From an uncultured Chloroflexia bacterium (GTDB taxonomy: Bacteria; Chloroflexota; Limnocylindria; Limnocylindrales; CSP1-4): a DNA stretch of 64,000 bases. The stretch's first letter is position 1. Every line of letters starts with the position of its first letter. Below the pieces are notes generated by a model. That model searched no databases. It was not told the DNA's origin and saw nothing but the letters and a program-made list of their open reading frames with translations. This document shows positions 33,342 through 42,591 of the stretch, in pieces. The position numbers and the translations under genes were made by a program. The stretch is from assembly GCA_963801745.1 (NCBI GenBank), contig CAWDFY010000004.1, positions 768,312 to 832,311 of the forward strand, read 5' to 3'.

Positions 33342-34388
33342 TCAGGCTGGCGGTGCGGACGTCCGTCCGAGGACGAGGTCCCGACCGGCGACCAGGGCCC
33401 GCAGCTTGGCGAGCGTCGCCCAGCGGGCGGTCTGGCTGAAACCGCAGTCGGGGACGAGCGTGAGGCGGTCGGCCGGGACGCCGGCGGCCAGGACCGCGTC
33501 GATCCGCTCGGCGACCTCCTCGGCGGTCTCGAGGTGGTAGTTCTTCACGTCGACCACGCCCGCCGCGACGTCCCGACCGGCGGCCGCGATGTCGCCCAGC
33601 AGGTCGACCTCCGCCATCTCCCGGTTGGCGAACTCGAGGACCAGCTCGTCGACGCGGAACGCGAGCATCGCGTCGAAGACCGGCCGGTACGTCCGCCGGG
33701 CGAGTGGCCGGCCGAGGTAGTTCCCGAAGCACAGGTGCGCCCCGAGTCGGACGCGGCCGACGAGCGGCTCGACGGCCGCGTTGAACAGCGCGGCGAAGTC
33801 GGACGGCGCGTCGGGATGGATGGCGGGCGACGGGTCGTCGATCTGGATGTGGGTCGCGCCTGCCTCGGCCAGTGCCTGCAGTTCGGCGCGCAGGATCGGC
33901 ACGATCGCCGCGGCTGCATCATCCCGCTCGACGTAGACCTCGCCCGGGCCGGTCCGCAGCCGGCCCGACAGCGTGTACGGCCCGGGCAGCGTGACCTTCA
34001 GCGGACGTCGCGCACGGCCGGCGGCGTAGCGGTACTCGGCCACGACGCCGAGGCCGTCGGGCGCGGCGATCGCCTCGAGGACCTCGAAGCGGTGCTGCTG
34101 GTCGTGCCCGCCGGCGCCGAGCCGCCGGTCCGGCGGCAGGGCCCGGATGCCGGTCATGTGGCTGTAGAACTCGGCCGTGAAGAAGCCGGCGCGGCGCATC
34201 TCGCCGTCGCTGACGAGGTCGATCCCGGCCTCCTCCTGGTCGCGGAGGGCGAGGTCGACGGCGTCGTCGAGCATCTCGGCCACGTCGGCCGGCCCGAATT
34301 CGCCGCGATCGGCGGCGGCGATGCCGGCGACGAACCACGACGGCCGCGCGTGCGACCCGACGACGCTGGTCCGGAGCGCGTCGGTCAT
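33342..34388 (-). CDS. cobalamin-independent methionine synthase (MetE C-terminal domain-like, Meth_synt_2) family protein, intact
   Basis: 348 aa. [26 protein letters not shown] (His-x-Cys) and LVPDCGFS (Cys) match the MetE-type zinc site. It is domain-only, so the substrate is unknown. Confidence 0.75.
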   Translation of the reverse strand: MTDALRTSVVGSHARPSWFVAGIAAADRGEFGPADVAEMLDDAVDLALRDQEEAGIDLVSDGEMRRAGFFTAEFYSHMTGIRALPPDRRLGAGGHDQQHRFEVLEAIAAPDGLGVVAEYRYAAGRARRPLKVTLPGPYTLSGRLRTGPGEVYVERDDAAAAIVPILRAELQALAEAGATHIQIDDPSPAIHPDAPSDFAALFNAAVEPLVGRVRLGAHLCFGNYLGRPLARRTYRPVFDAMLAFRVDELVLEFANREMAEVDLLGDIAAAGRDVAAGVVDVKNYHLETAEEVAERIDAVLAAGVPADRLTLVPDCGFSQTARWATLAKLRALVAGRDLVLGRTSAPPA

Positions 34389-34430
34389 GCGGTGGTCTCG
34401 ATCATCGGGCGATCCCCTCCATCGACTCGC

Positions 34431-35246
34431 TCACGGCGTCGGCTCCGCGGTCGTCGACACGATCGACCAGCCGCCGTCGACCGCAAGGGACTGGCCCGTG
34501 ACGGTGCGTGACTCGTCGGACAGGAAGTAGATCGCCGCCTTGGCCACCTCGTCCGGGTCGAGCATCGCGCCGGCGAGCGGCTGCTTGCGCGCGGCGTACT
34601 CGAGGATATGCGCGTCCGACGCGGCGCGGGAGGCCATCGGTGTGTCGGTCAGCGACGGGGCGACGAGGTTCACCCGGATCCGGTCCGCGATGTAGGTCGC
34701 CGCCATCGACGTCATCAGCGCCGTCAGCGCGCCCTTCGCCGCCGCGTAGCCGTGCGTCCCGAACAGCTCGGGGACGGGTGCGCCGGTCGTGACGCTGCCG
34801 AGGATGAGGACCGATCCGCGGATCCCGGACGCGTCGGGCTGCTGGTCGCGCATGGCCCGGATCGTCCGCGAGCAGAGGAGGACCTGGGTCCGCAGGTTGA
34901 GCGCCGCGGTGGCCTCCCACGCGTCGGCGGTGAGCGCATGGATCGGGCCGTCGCCGAACCGCCGCCCGCTGCCGCCGGCCGCCGAGAACAGGGCGTCGAC
35001 CCGTCCGAAGCGGTCCACCACCGCCGCCACCGCCCGGTCGACCGCCGCCTCGTCGGTCAGGTCGGCGGCGATCCAGGCGCCACGCTCGAGGCGCTCGGCG
35101 AGGGCCCTGGCGTGATCCCCGGTGCGCGACACCACGAAGACCGAGGCGCCCTCGACGGCCGCCCGCTCGGCCGTGGCGGCGGCGATCCCCGTCGAGCCGG
35201 TGACCAGCACGACGCGGCCGTGGAGACGTTCCCTCGGTTCGGGCAT
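34431..35246 (-). CDS. short-chain dehydrogenase/reductase, intact
   Basis: VVLVTGSTGIAAATA, YAAAKGAL (YxxxK) and the typical C-terminal VTGQSLAVDGG; 271 aa. Confidence 0.85.
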   Translation of the reverse strand: MPEPRERLHGRVVLVTGSTGIAAATAERAAVEGASVFVVSRTGDHARALAERLERGAWIAADLTDEAAVDRAVAAVVDRFGRVDALFSAAGGSGRRFGDGPIHALTADAWEATAALNLRTQVLLCSRTIRAMRDQQPDASGIRGSVLILGSVTTGAPVPELFGTHGYAAAKGALTALMTSMAATYIADRIRVNLVAPSLTDTPMASRAASDAHILEYAARKQPLAGAMLDPDEVAKAAIYFLSDESRTVTGQSLAVDGGWSIVSTTAEPTP

Positions 35247-35252
35247 GGGCGC

Positions 35253-35274
35253 ATGCTACGACCTGCGCTAGCAT
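35253..35274. promoter_or_regulatory. ATGCTA-N10-TAGCAT: two back-to-back -10-like hexamers in the 38-bp MocR/SDR intergenic region
   Basis: The minus-strand TAGCAT ends 6 nt before the SDR ATG 35246. The plus-strand TAGCAT ends 10 nt before the MocR ATG 35285. Neither gene has an SD. Confidence 0.45.
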
Positions 35275-35284
35275 CGCTGGCATC

Positions 35285-36736
35285 ATGGAGACGGTCCCGG
35301 TCAGCGCCTTCGATGCGGCCACGGGCGGTCGCGACGTCTTCCTCGACATCGAGCTGCGCCGTGGCTCGCTGCGCCGCAACCTCCGCTGCGCGTTGCGCGA
35401 GGCGATCCAGGACGGACGCCTGGGTGCGGGGACGCGGCTGCCGTCGTCGCGCCGGCTCGCGTCGGACCTGCAGGTCTCGCGCGGCGTGGTCGCCGACACG
35501 TACGACCAGCTCGCGGCCGAGGGCTACCTGGCGGTGACCCCGCGCCAGGCACCGCTCGTCGTGGCGGTCGCACCGCCCACGCCGCTGGCCGCCGAGCCCG
35601 AGCGCCCGACGTGGCCGATCGACTTCGTGGCGACCACCCCCGACGTCGAGCTGTTCCCGCGTCGGGCGTGGCTGCGGGCCGTGGAACGGGCGATCCGCGC
35701 GGCGCCCAATGCGGCGTTCGACTACGGCGACCACCGCGGGCGTCCGGAGCTCCGGGCGGCGCTGCGCGACTATCTCGGCCGGGTCCGCGGCGTCCGCACC
35801 GAACCGGAGCGGATCGTCGTCACGCAGGGGTTCACCCAGGCGCTGTACATCCTGTGCCGGGTGCTGCGCGCCGGCGGATCGCGGACGATCACGTGCGAGA
35901 CCCCGTCGCAGCCGAACCCGTGGCAGACCATCACGGCTGCCGGTCTGACGATCGAGGCGGCGCCGGTCGACGACCGCGGTCTCCGGACCGAGCGGCTCGA
36001 CGAGGCCACCGGGGAGGCGGTGCTCGTGACCCCGGCGCACCAGTTCCCGACGGGGACCGTGATGGCGCCCGACAGGCGGGCCGATCTCGTCGCCTGGGCG
36101 CGCCGTCGCGACCGGCTCATCGTGGAGGACGACTATGACGCCGAGTTCCGCTACGACCGGGTCGCGATCGGCGCGATCCAGGGGCTGGACCCGGGCCGCG
36201 TCGTGCACCTCGGCACGACGTCGAAGACGCTCGCGCCGGGGATCCGGATCGGCTGGATGAGCGTGCCGGTGGACCTCGTCGACGAGATCAAGGCCGAGAA
36301 GTCGGCGCTCGACTCCGGCTCGCCCACGATCGAGCAGCTGGCCTTCGCCGACCTGCTCGCGAGCGGCGAGTACGACCGCCACGTCGCCCGTGCCCGACAG
36401 GTCTACCGGCATCGGCGGGACGCGCTGGTCGGCGCGGTCGCCCGGCACCTGCCGGGGCTGCGACTCGACGGTGCCGCTGCCGGGCTCCACGTCCTGCTGC
36501 GCCTGCCCGACGCGATCGACGATGGCGCCATCGCCCGCGATGCGGCAGACCAGGGCATCCGGGTCGAGGCGCTGTCGCCGATGTCGCTGGTCGGGGCGCC
36601 GGACCGCGGGTTGGTGCTCGGCTACAGCCGCCTGCCCGCCGACGGCATGGAGGCGGCGGTCGGACGACTGGCCGACGTCATCCGCGCGGCGGGACCGACA
36701 CGGGCCTCCGGGGTGGTTCAGGCCTCGTCCGCGTAG
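35285..36736 (+). CDS. MocR/PdxR-type regulator: GntR wHTH fused to a PLP-dependent aminotransferase-fold domain, intact
   Basis: LPSSRRLASDLQVSRGVVADTYDQLAAEGYL (wHTH). Aminotransferase-like core with VTPAHQFPTG, IVEDDYDAEFRY and TTSKTLAPGIRIGW (PLP Lys context); 483 aa. Confidence 0.9.
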   Translation: METVPVSAFDAATGGRDVFLDIELRRGSLRRNLRCALREAIQDGRLGAGTRLPSSRRLASDLQVSRGVVADTYDQLAAEGYLAVTPRQAPLVVAVAPPTPLAAEPERPTWPIDFVATTPDVELFPRRAWLRAVERAIRAAPNAAFDYGDHRGRPELRAALRDYLGRVRGVRTEPERIVVTQGFTQALYILCRVLRAGGSRTITCETPSQPNPWQTITAAGLTIEAAPVDDRGLRTERLDEATGEAVLVTPAHQFPTGTVMAPDRRADLVAWARRRDRLIVEDDYDAEFRYDRVAIGAIQGLDPGRVVHLGTTSKTLAPGIRIGWMSVPVDLVDEIKAEKSALDSGSPTIEQLAFADLLASGEYDRHVARARQVYRHRRDALVGAVARHLPGLRLDGAAAGLHVLLRLPDAIDDGAIARDAADQGIRVEALSPMSLVGAPDRGLVLGYSRLPADGMEAAVGRLADVIRAAGPTRASGVVQASSA

Positions 36737-37143
36737 TCCCAGGCCCGGACGGCGCCGGGCTCCACGCGGATGACCGCACCCGGCGCGTACGACGCCACCA
36801 TCCGCTCCGCGGCCTCCGGCCCGTCGTAGCGCAGCGCGGTCCGGCGCAGCACGTCGTAGAAGTCGGCCGGGATCGTCGACACCGTCGCCTCGCCCCGCAG
36901 TTCGAAGCCCTTGTACGGCCACTCCTGGTTGGCGACGACGACCGTGACGCGCGGGTCGCGCAGGACGTGGCCGACCTTGCCGCCCTCGGGCGTCGGCACC
37001 CACATGTTGATGCCGCCCTCGTACCACTCGAACCAGACCGGCGAGAGCATGATCGTCTCGTCCTTCCGACGGGTGGCGAGGACCGCGATGAGCGGTTGCT
37101 CGAGCAGGTCGCCGACGTCGTCGGCGCCGAGATCGGTGCGCAC
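36718..37143 (-). CDS. pyridoxamine 5'-phosphate oxidase (PPOX)-family FMN/F420-binding protein, intact
   Basis: 141 aa. LLEQPLIAVLATRRKDETIMLSPVWFEW..RVTVVVA..ELRGEA fits the split-barrel PPOX fold. The 3' end overlaps the MocR gene by 19 bp (convergent). Confidence 0.75.
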   Translation of the reverse strand: MRTDLGADDVGDLLEQPLIAVLATRRKDETIMLSPVWFEWYEGGINMWVPTPEGGKVGHVLRDPRVTVVVANQEWPYKGFELRGEATVSTIPADFYDVLRRTALRYDGPEAAERMVASYAPGAVIRVEPGAVRAWDYADEA

Positions 37144-37251
37144 GTCAGGACTCAGTGTGCGAGATGGTGGTGATCATGGCGTGATGGTCGGCCATCCGTG
37201 GCCTCATGGCTAGGTCCACGACGGCACGACCCGATGGGGCCAGCTCGCCCG

Positions 37252-37280
37252 TTGACGGGTCATCGTCCGGGGTCTATGCT
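37252..37280 (+). promoter_or_regulatory. sigma-70-like promoter TTGACG-N17-TATGCT upstream of rho
   Basis: TTGACG 37252-37257, 17-nt spacer, TATGCT 37275-37280. This would give a leader of about 205 nt before GTG 37494. Confidence 0.45.
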
Positions 37281-37493
37281 CCGCGTATCCCGACCGGTAC
37301 CGCGCTGCGGCAGCGATTCCGCGCGCACACCCGCTCGGCTCCCAGCGATCCGGACCGCGAGCCGCCAGGCCCCGCCCGAGTCCCCGCCCCCACGTACCCA
37401 GGTGACCCCGACCAGATGCCCGGCCCAGGCCCCGACCAGCGTTCCCGCAATCGCCGTCCGCGACGACGCGGCCAATCCTCCTTCCGCGCTCCC

Positions 37494-38799
37494 GTGTCGG
37501 AGTTCGAGGAGCAGCAGGAGATCGAGGCGGCGCGCGAGCGCAACGACCTCGAAGTCAGCGACCTGCGCGAGATGAGCGTCACCGAGCTCCGACAGGTCAG
37601 TCGGGAGCTCGAGATCGACGCAGCGGTCGACCGCAAGGACGACCTGGTCGACCAGATCCTCCAGCGCCAGACCGAGCGCGCCGGCCACGCCTACGCCACC
37701 GGCATCCTCGACATCGTCGACGAGGGCTTCGGCTTCATGCGTCGGCACGGCCTGCTGCCGAGCCCCGAGGACGTGTACGTCAGCTCGAGCCAGGTCCGCC
37801 GCTTCGGCCTGCGCATCGGCGACCGAATCTCGGGCGCCGTGCGCGCCCCGCGCGAGGCCGAGAAGTACTGGGGCATGCTCCGGGTCGACGCGGTCAACGG
37901 CGTCGACACCGACACCGCCCGTCGCCGCCCGGTCTTCGGCGACCTGACGCCGGTCCACCCCGACGAGCTGATCAATCTCGAGACCGACTCCGAAGAACCT
38001 GAGCCAGCGGCTGATCAACCTCGTCAACCCGCTCGGCAAGGGCCAGCGCGCCCTCATCGTCAGCCCGCCCAAGGCCGGCAAGACGATGCTCCTCAAGCAG
38101 ATCGCCAACGGCGTCAGCGCCAACTACCCGGACATCCTCCTGATGGTCGCGCTCATCGGCGAGCGGCCGGAGGAGGTCACCGACATGCGCCGGAGCGTCA
38201 AGGGCGAGGTCATCTCCTCGACCTTCGACGAGCCGACCGAGAACCACACGCATGTCGCGGAGATGGCGCTCGAGATCGCCAAGCGCCAGGTCGAGACCGG
38301 TCGCGACGTCGTGATCCTGCTCGACTCGATCACGCGTCTCGCGCGCGCCTACAACCTCGCCCTGCCGCCGAGCGGCCGGACGCTGTCGGGCGGCATCGAC
38401 CCGATCGCGCTCTACCCGCCCAAGCGCTTCTTCGGCGCCGCCCGCAACATCGAGGAGGGCGGGTCGCTGACGATCATCGCGACCTGCCTCATCGACACCG
38501 GCTCCCGGATGGACGACGTCATCTACGAGGAGTTCAAGGGCACCGGCAACTCGGAGCTCATCCTCGACCGCAAGCTGGCCGAGAAGCGGATCTACCCCTC
38601 GATCGACGTCCAGCGCTCGGGCACCCGCCGCGAGGAGCTGCTGCTCGAGGAGGGCACGCTCAAGATGGTCTGGACGATGCGCCGGATGCTGTCGGCGGTC
38701 GGGACCAACGAGGGCATCGAGATCCTGCTCAACCGGCTGTCCAAGACGCAGTCCAACGCCGAGTTCCTGGCGTCGCTCACCAAGAACCTCGACGCCTGA
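37494..38799 (+). CDS. rho: transcription termination factor Rho (one frame break near 37985-38000)
   Basis: [16 protein letters not shown].. N-terminal helix bundle, [14 protein letters not shown] and [16 protein letters not shown] (RNA-binding domain), then in the next frame [28 protein letters not shown] (P-loop) to stop 38799. GTG 37494 was chosen because codon bias (GC3) drops upstream. Confidence 0.9.
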
Positions 38800-38805
38800 G
38801 CCGTC

Positions 38806-38824
38806 GGCGTGACGCGTTCACGCC
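38806..38824 (+). other. 7-bp-stem hairpin GGCGTGA-CGCGT-TCACGCC starting 7 nt after the rho stop
   Basis: Read directly. There is no U-tract, so terminator function is doubtful. Confidence 0.25.
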
Positions 38825-39039
38825 CCGGAAACGACCGGTCGACACTCGTCCCGTTTGCCACGCTCAGCGCGTGCGTGGTACGTTTCGCGACGATGTCGTA
38901 AGTCCGACGTGATGTCGGACGCGGCCGCGAACAAAGAGCCCCAGCTCGAAACCGCGACCCCGGACGGGCCCCGAGAGCCCAACCCCACGCGCCAACCCCC
39001 CACAGCGCCCCGGGCTCGTCCTCACGTCAGGAGACCGTA

Positions 39040-40578
39040 TTGCTGAATGCGTCGGTCGGCGTGCAGCGCGTCCTTGACCGCGTGCGCCGAACTACGTTCG
39101 ACACGATGCCCGCGATGACCTTACCGACCCGACCCCGGGTCCCCGCGCGCGCATCGCGTCCGCGAACCGGTCTCCAGACGACACCGACCCGCATCTATCC
39201 CGCCCCCCATCGACGGGGGCGGTCGTTCGCGTTGCGGACGTTCGCGATGCGCTCGTTCGCGTTGCCGTCGCTCGCGTTCCACCGGCCCGGGATCCGCGAT
39301 GTCGGGCAGGTCCGAGCCGTCCCCGGCATGGTCCGGCGCCGCGCGGGCCGCCTCGCGGTCGGTCTCGGCCATGAGCGGGTCGTCGCGGTGGCAGCCGCGG
39401 GCATCCTCCTCACGGCGTCGTTCATGAGCGTCGGACCTGGCCGCCCCTCGGGCGACACCGGCGGACCGTCAGGCGACGGTCAGGCACCACGTCTCGCCAT
39501 CGCCGGCTCGGCCGACGGCGACGACGTCGGCTCGGTCGAGGAGGCGTATGTGCCCCAGAGCCGTCGCGCCGACGAGAGCGACGCGGACGGCACGGTCCCG
39601 CATCCCGACATGGAGGCGACCGACATCGCCCGCTACGTGACCGGCGACGTCCACGCTGTGAACCGGGCGCAGATCGCAGCGATCCTCGCCGCGCAGCCGG
39701 TCGACGTCGAGGGACCATTCCTCGACGACGGCACGCTGCTCAAGCCGGTCGCTGTCGACACCTCCGTGCCCGACGGCAGCGACCTCCTGCGGACCTACCG
39801 CGTCCGCTCCGGCGACACCCTCGCCAACATCGCCCGTCACTTCGACGTGTCGATGATGACCCTGTGGTGGGCCAACAAGCTCAAGTCCAAGGACCGCCTC
39901 GTGGTCGGCCAGCAGCTGCGCATCCCGCCGGTCAACGGTCTCGTGGTCGAGGTCACGCCGGTCGACACGCTGACCACTCTGGCGGCGCGCTACAAGGTCG
40001 ACGCGCAGGACATCCTGTCGACCAACGGGCTCGACGATCGCAACCTCGTCGTCGGCCAGGTCCTGATGCTGCCCGGCGCGCGCGGCGCCAAGATCGAGGT
40101 CCCGAAGCCCAAGCGACGCTCGACGACCTCGGTGTCGACGCCGACGCGGCCGCGCTCGACCGGCGGCGGGTCGCGGTCCGTCCGACCGCCGCGCGTCTAC
40201 AACGGCGGCGGCATGTCGTGGCCGACCTCGAGCCGCCACGTCAGCCAGTACTTCCATTACGGCCACTACGGCATCGACATCGACGGCTCGACGGGCGACC
40301 CGGTCTACGCCGCCGCGTCGGGGACCGTGGTCTTCGCCGGCTGGAAGAACAACGGTGGCGGCTACCAGGTGTGGATCGCCCACGGCTCCGGGCTGTACAC
40401 GACGTACAACCACATGTCCGGGGTCTCGGTCGGGCGGGGCCAGAGCGTCGGTCGCGGCCAGCGCGTGGGGCGCGTGGGCGCCACGGGCTACGCGTCGGGC
40501 TCGCACCTCCACTTCGAGGTGTGGCGGGGCCGCATCTGGGACGGCGGACGGCGGATCAACCCGCTCGCCTACCTCTAG
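39040..40578 (+). CDS. membrane-anchored LysM-LysM-M23 peptidoglycan endopeptidase, intact (start uncertain: TTG 39040 or ATG 39328)
   Basis: AGGAGA 39029-39034 then TTG 39040, with high GC3 from there. TM segment VVAVAAAGILLTASF. Two LysM repeats (YRVRSGDTLANIARHF..; VTPVDTLTTLAARY..). M23 motifs HYGIDIDG and GSHLHFEV. Confidence 0.85.
   Translation: MLNASVGVQRVLDRVRRTTFDTMPAMTLPTRPRVPARASRPRTGLQTTPTRIYPAPHRRGRSFALRTFAMRSFALPSLAFHRPGIRDVGQVRAVPGMVRRRAGRLAVGLGHERVVAVAAAGILLTASFMSVGPGRPSGDTGGPSGDGQAPRLAIAGSADGDDVGSVEEAYVPQSRRADESDADGTVPHPDMEATDIARYVTGDVHAVNRAQIAAILAAQPVDVEGPFLDDGTLLKPVAVDTSVPDGSDLLRTYRVRSGDTLANIARHFDVSMMTLWWANKLKSKDRLVVGQQLRIPPVNGLVVEVTPVDTLTTLAARYKVDAQDILSTNGLDDRNLVVGQVLMLPGARGAKIEVPKPKRRSTTSVSTPTRPRSTGGGSRSVRPPRVYNGGGMSWPTSSRHVSQYFHYGHYGIDIDGSTGDPVYAAASGTVVFAGWKNNGGGYQVWIAHGSGLYTTYNHMSGVSVGRGQSVGRGQRVGRVGATGYASGSHLHFEVWRGRIWDGGRRINPLAYL
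39223..39282 (+). repeat. four tandem 15-bp units (TCGTTCGCGTTGCGG / ACGTTCGCGATGCGC / TCGTTCGCGTTGCCG / TCGCTCGCGTTCCAC)
   Basis: Read directly. The units are in phase with the 39040 ORF and encode SFALR-TFAMR-SFALP-SLAFH. Confidence 0.85.
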
Positions 40579-40658
40579 GGCGCGCTCCGCCGCAATCGAC
40601 CGGCGCACCGGCGACCGGGTGTCCGGGCGGCACGCGACCCCGTGCGAGAATGACCTCG

Positions 40659-41955
40659 ATGTTCCTCGATCGCGTGAAGATCTGGGTCCGCGCCGGCGAC
40701 GGCGGCGACGGGGCCGCGACCTTCCGCAAGGAGGCGCACGTTCCCCGCGGTGGACCAGATGGCGGTGACGGTGGCCGCGGCGGATCGGTCCATCTCCGGG
40801 TCGATCCCGGGCAGACCACGCTCCGCGACTTCCAGTACCGCCACCACTTCAAGGCGGTCCCCGGTGGCCGCGGCACGCGGGCCCGGCGGCACGGCAAGGC
40901 CGGCGACGACCTGATCCTCGACGTCCCGCCCGGGACGGCCATCCTCGACGACGCGTCGGGCGCCATCCTCGCCGACCTCGTCGCGACCGGGCAGCAGGCG
41001 ATGGTCGCCCGCGGCGGCCGCGGTGGCCTCGGCAACACGCACTTCAAGACGGCCACGCACCAGGCGCCCAAGCACGCCCAGAAGGGCGAGCCGGGCGAGG
41101 AGCGCTGGCTCCGGCTCGAGCTTCGGCTGATCGCCGACATCGGTCTCGTCGGGCTGCCCAACGCCGGCAAGTCGACGCTGCTCGCCGCCCTGACCGCCGC
41201 CCAGCCGAAGATCGCCGACTACCCGTTCACCACCCTCGAGCCGAACCTCGGCGTGCTGGACATGGGCGAGGACGACGAGCGGCGGCCGACCATCGCCGAC
41301 GTGCCGGGCCTGATCGAGGGCGCTTCGGGCGGCGCCGGGCTGGGCCACGCCTTCCTGCGCCACGTCGAGCGTACGCGGGTCCTCGTGCACGTCGTCGACG
41401 GCTCGTCGCGCGATCCTGGCTGGGACTACGAGGTCATCCGCGACGAGCTGGCCGCGCACGACCCGGCGCTGCTCGAGAAGCCGATGCTCGTGGCCTTCAA
41501 CAAGATCGACATCCCGGCCGCCGCCGAGGCGTGGTCGCCGTTCGCCCGCGCGCGCCGCGACGAGGGCCGGGACGTCGTGTCGATCTCGGCGTCGACCGGG
41601 GAGGGGCTGGACGCGTTCCGCGAGCGACTCGCCGCGATGCTGCCGTCCGCGGAGGACCTCGACGCTCCACCCGAGCCCGCCGGCGTCGTCGTCCATCGCA
41701 TCGAGGCGATGCGCGACGGCTTCGCCGTCGAGCGTGACGCCGACGGGGCGTTCCGCGTCCGGGGCAAACGGATCGAGCGGATCGCGGCGCAGACGAACTT
41801 CGATGTCGAGGAATCGGCGGACCGGTTCCAGCGCGACCTCGCCCGGCTGGGCATCGACGCCGAGCTCCGGCGGGCCGGCGTCGCGGCGGGCGACCTTGTG
41901 CGCATCGGCGGCCACCGAGCTCGAGTGGGAGCCGCAGCCATGGGAGAGCGCGTGA
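40659..41955 (+). CDS. obg: GTPase Obg/CgtA (one frame break near 41905; alternative ATG 40650)
   Basis: MFLDRVKIWVRAGDGGDG..GGPDGGDGGRGG (Obg fold), GLVGLPNAGKSTLL (G1), DVPGLIEGA (G3), FNKID (G4). Restored tail TELEWEPQPWESA with stop 41953-41955. Confidence 0.9.
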
Positions 41956-42591
41956 CCGACCGCCTCCGTGGCGCGACCGGGGTCTTCGGCGGCACGTTCG
42001 ACCCGATCCACGTCGCCCACCTCGCGATCGCGGAGGCGGCACGCGACACGTTCGGCCTCAGGCGGGTGCTGTTCGTGCCGGCCGCCGAGCCACCCCACAA
42101 GCCGGGCCGGCGGATCGCGCCGGTGGAGGACCGCCTGGCGATGGTCGAGGCAGCGGTGGCCGGCAATGACAGCTTCGAGGTCAGCCGTGTCGAGGTCGAC
42201 CGGGCGGGACCGTCGTACACGGTCGACACGCTCGCCGAGCTGCGACGTGCGGGGCCGGCCGAGCGGCTGGCGCTGCTGCTGTCGGCCGAGTCGTTCCAGG
42301 AGCTGCCGACCTGGCACGAGCCCGCTCGGATCCTCGACCTGGCCGACGTCATCGTCGCGCCACGGGAGGGGTACACCGACGCGGACGCGTCGTTCCTTGC
42401 CCGCGCGTTCCCGGGCAGCGGCGCCGTGGCGGCGTTCCTCGACGGTCCCCGGATCCGCCTGTCGGCGTCCGAGATCCGCGCGCGCGTCGCGGCCGGCCGG
42501 TCGCGTGCGCTACCTCGTCCCGGATGCGGTCGCCGCGTATATCGGCGACCATGGCCTCTACCAGGACCAACGGAGGAACCATCGATCGTGA
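41952..42591 (+). CDS. nadD: nicotinate-nucleotide adenylyltransferase (one frame break near 42505)
   Basis: GTG 41952 overlaps obg stop (GTGA). GVFGGTFDPIHVAHL nucleotidyltransferase motif, SYTVDTL. Restored tail VRYLVPDAVAAYIGDHGLY with stop 42589-42591. Confidence 0.85.

Noticed and set aside
31435-33732. Very long ORFs rich in Arg/Pro/Gly/Ala on the strand opposite to, or out of frame with, recognised genes. Examples: 31435-33732, 35057-37027, 6791-8260, 40575-42317, 2310-3761, 56474-58090.
   Set aside because: These are typical shadow ORFs of high-GC DNA. They have no motifs and low-complexity composition, and they fully overlap genes with clear family signatures and proper codon-position GC bias.
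39200-39222. An 8-bp GC hairpin (CCGCCCCC-loop-GGGGGCGG) as the rho or upstream terminator.
   Set aside because: It lies about 400 nt past the rho stop, has no U-tract, and falls inside the probable coding region of the LysM-M23 gene if TTG 39040 is the start.
38800-39330. A c-di-AMP (ydaO-type) riboswitch or other leader RNA upstream of the LysM-M23 cell-wall hydrolase, as often seen before actinobacterial wall hydrolases.
   Set aside because: I could not find the conserved ydaO-type segments as I remember them (roughly GGGGACCCA, GGUGAAUC and CCGAAUCC-like stretches) on the sense strand. In addition, 39040-39330 shows coding-type GC3 bias behind an AGGAGA-TTG start, so most of the interval is probably coding. 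A covariance-model scan would be needed to exclude it formally.
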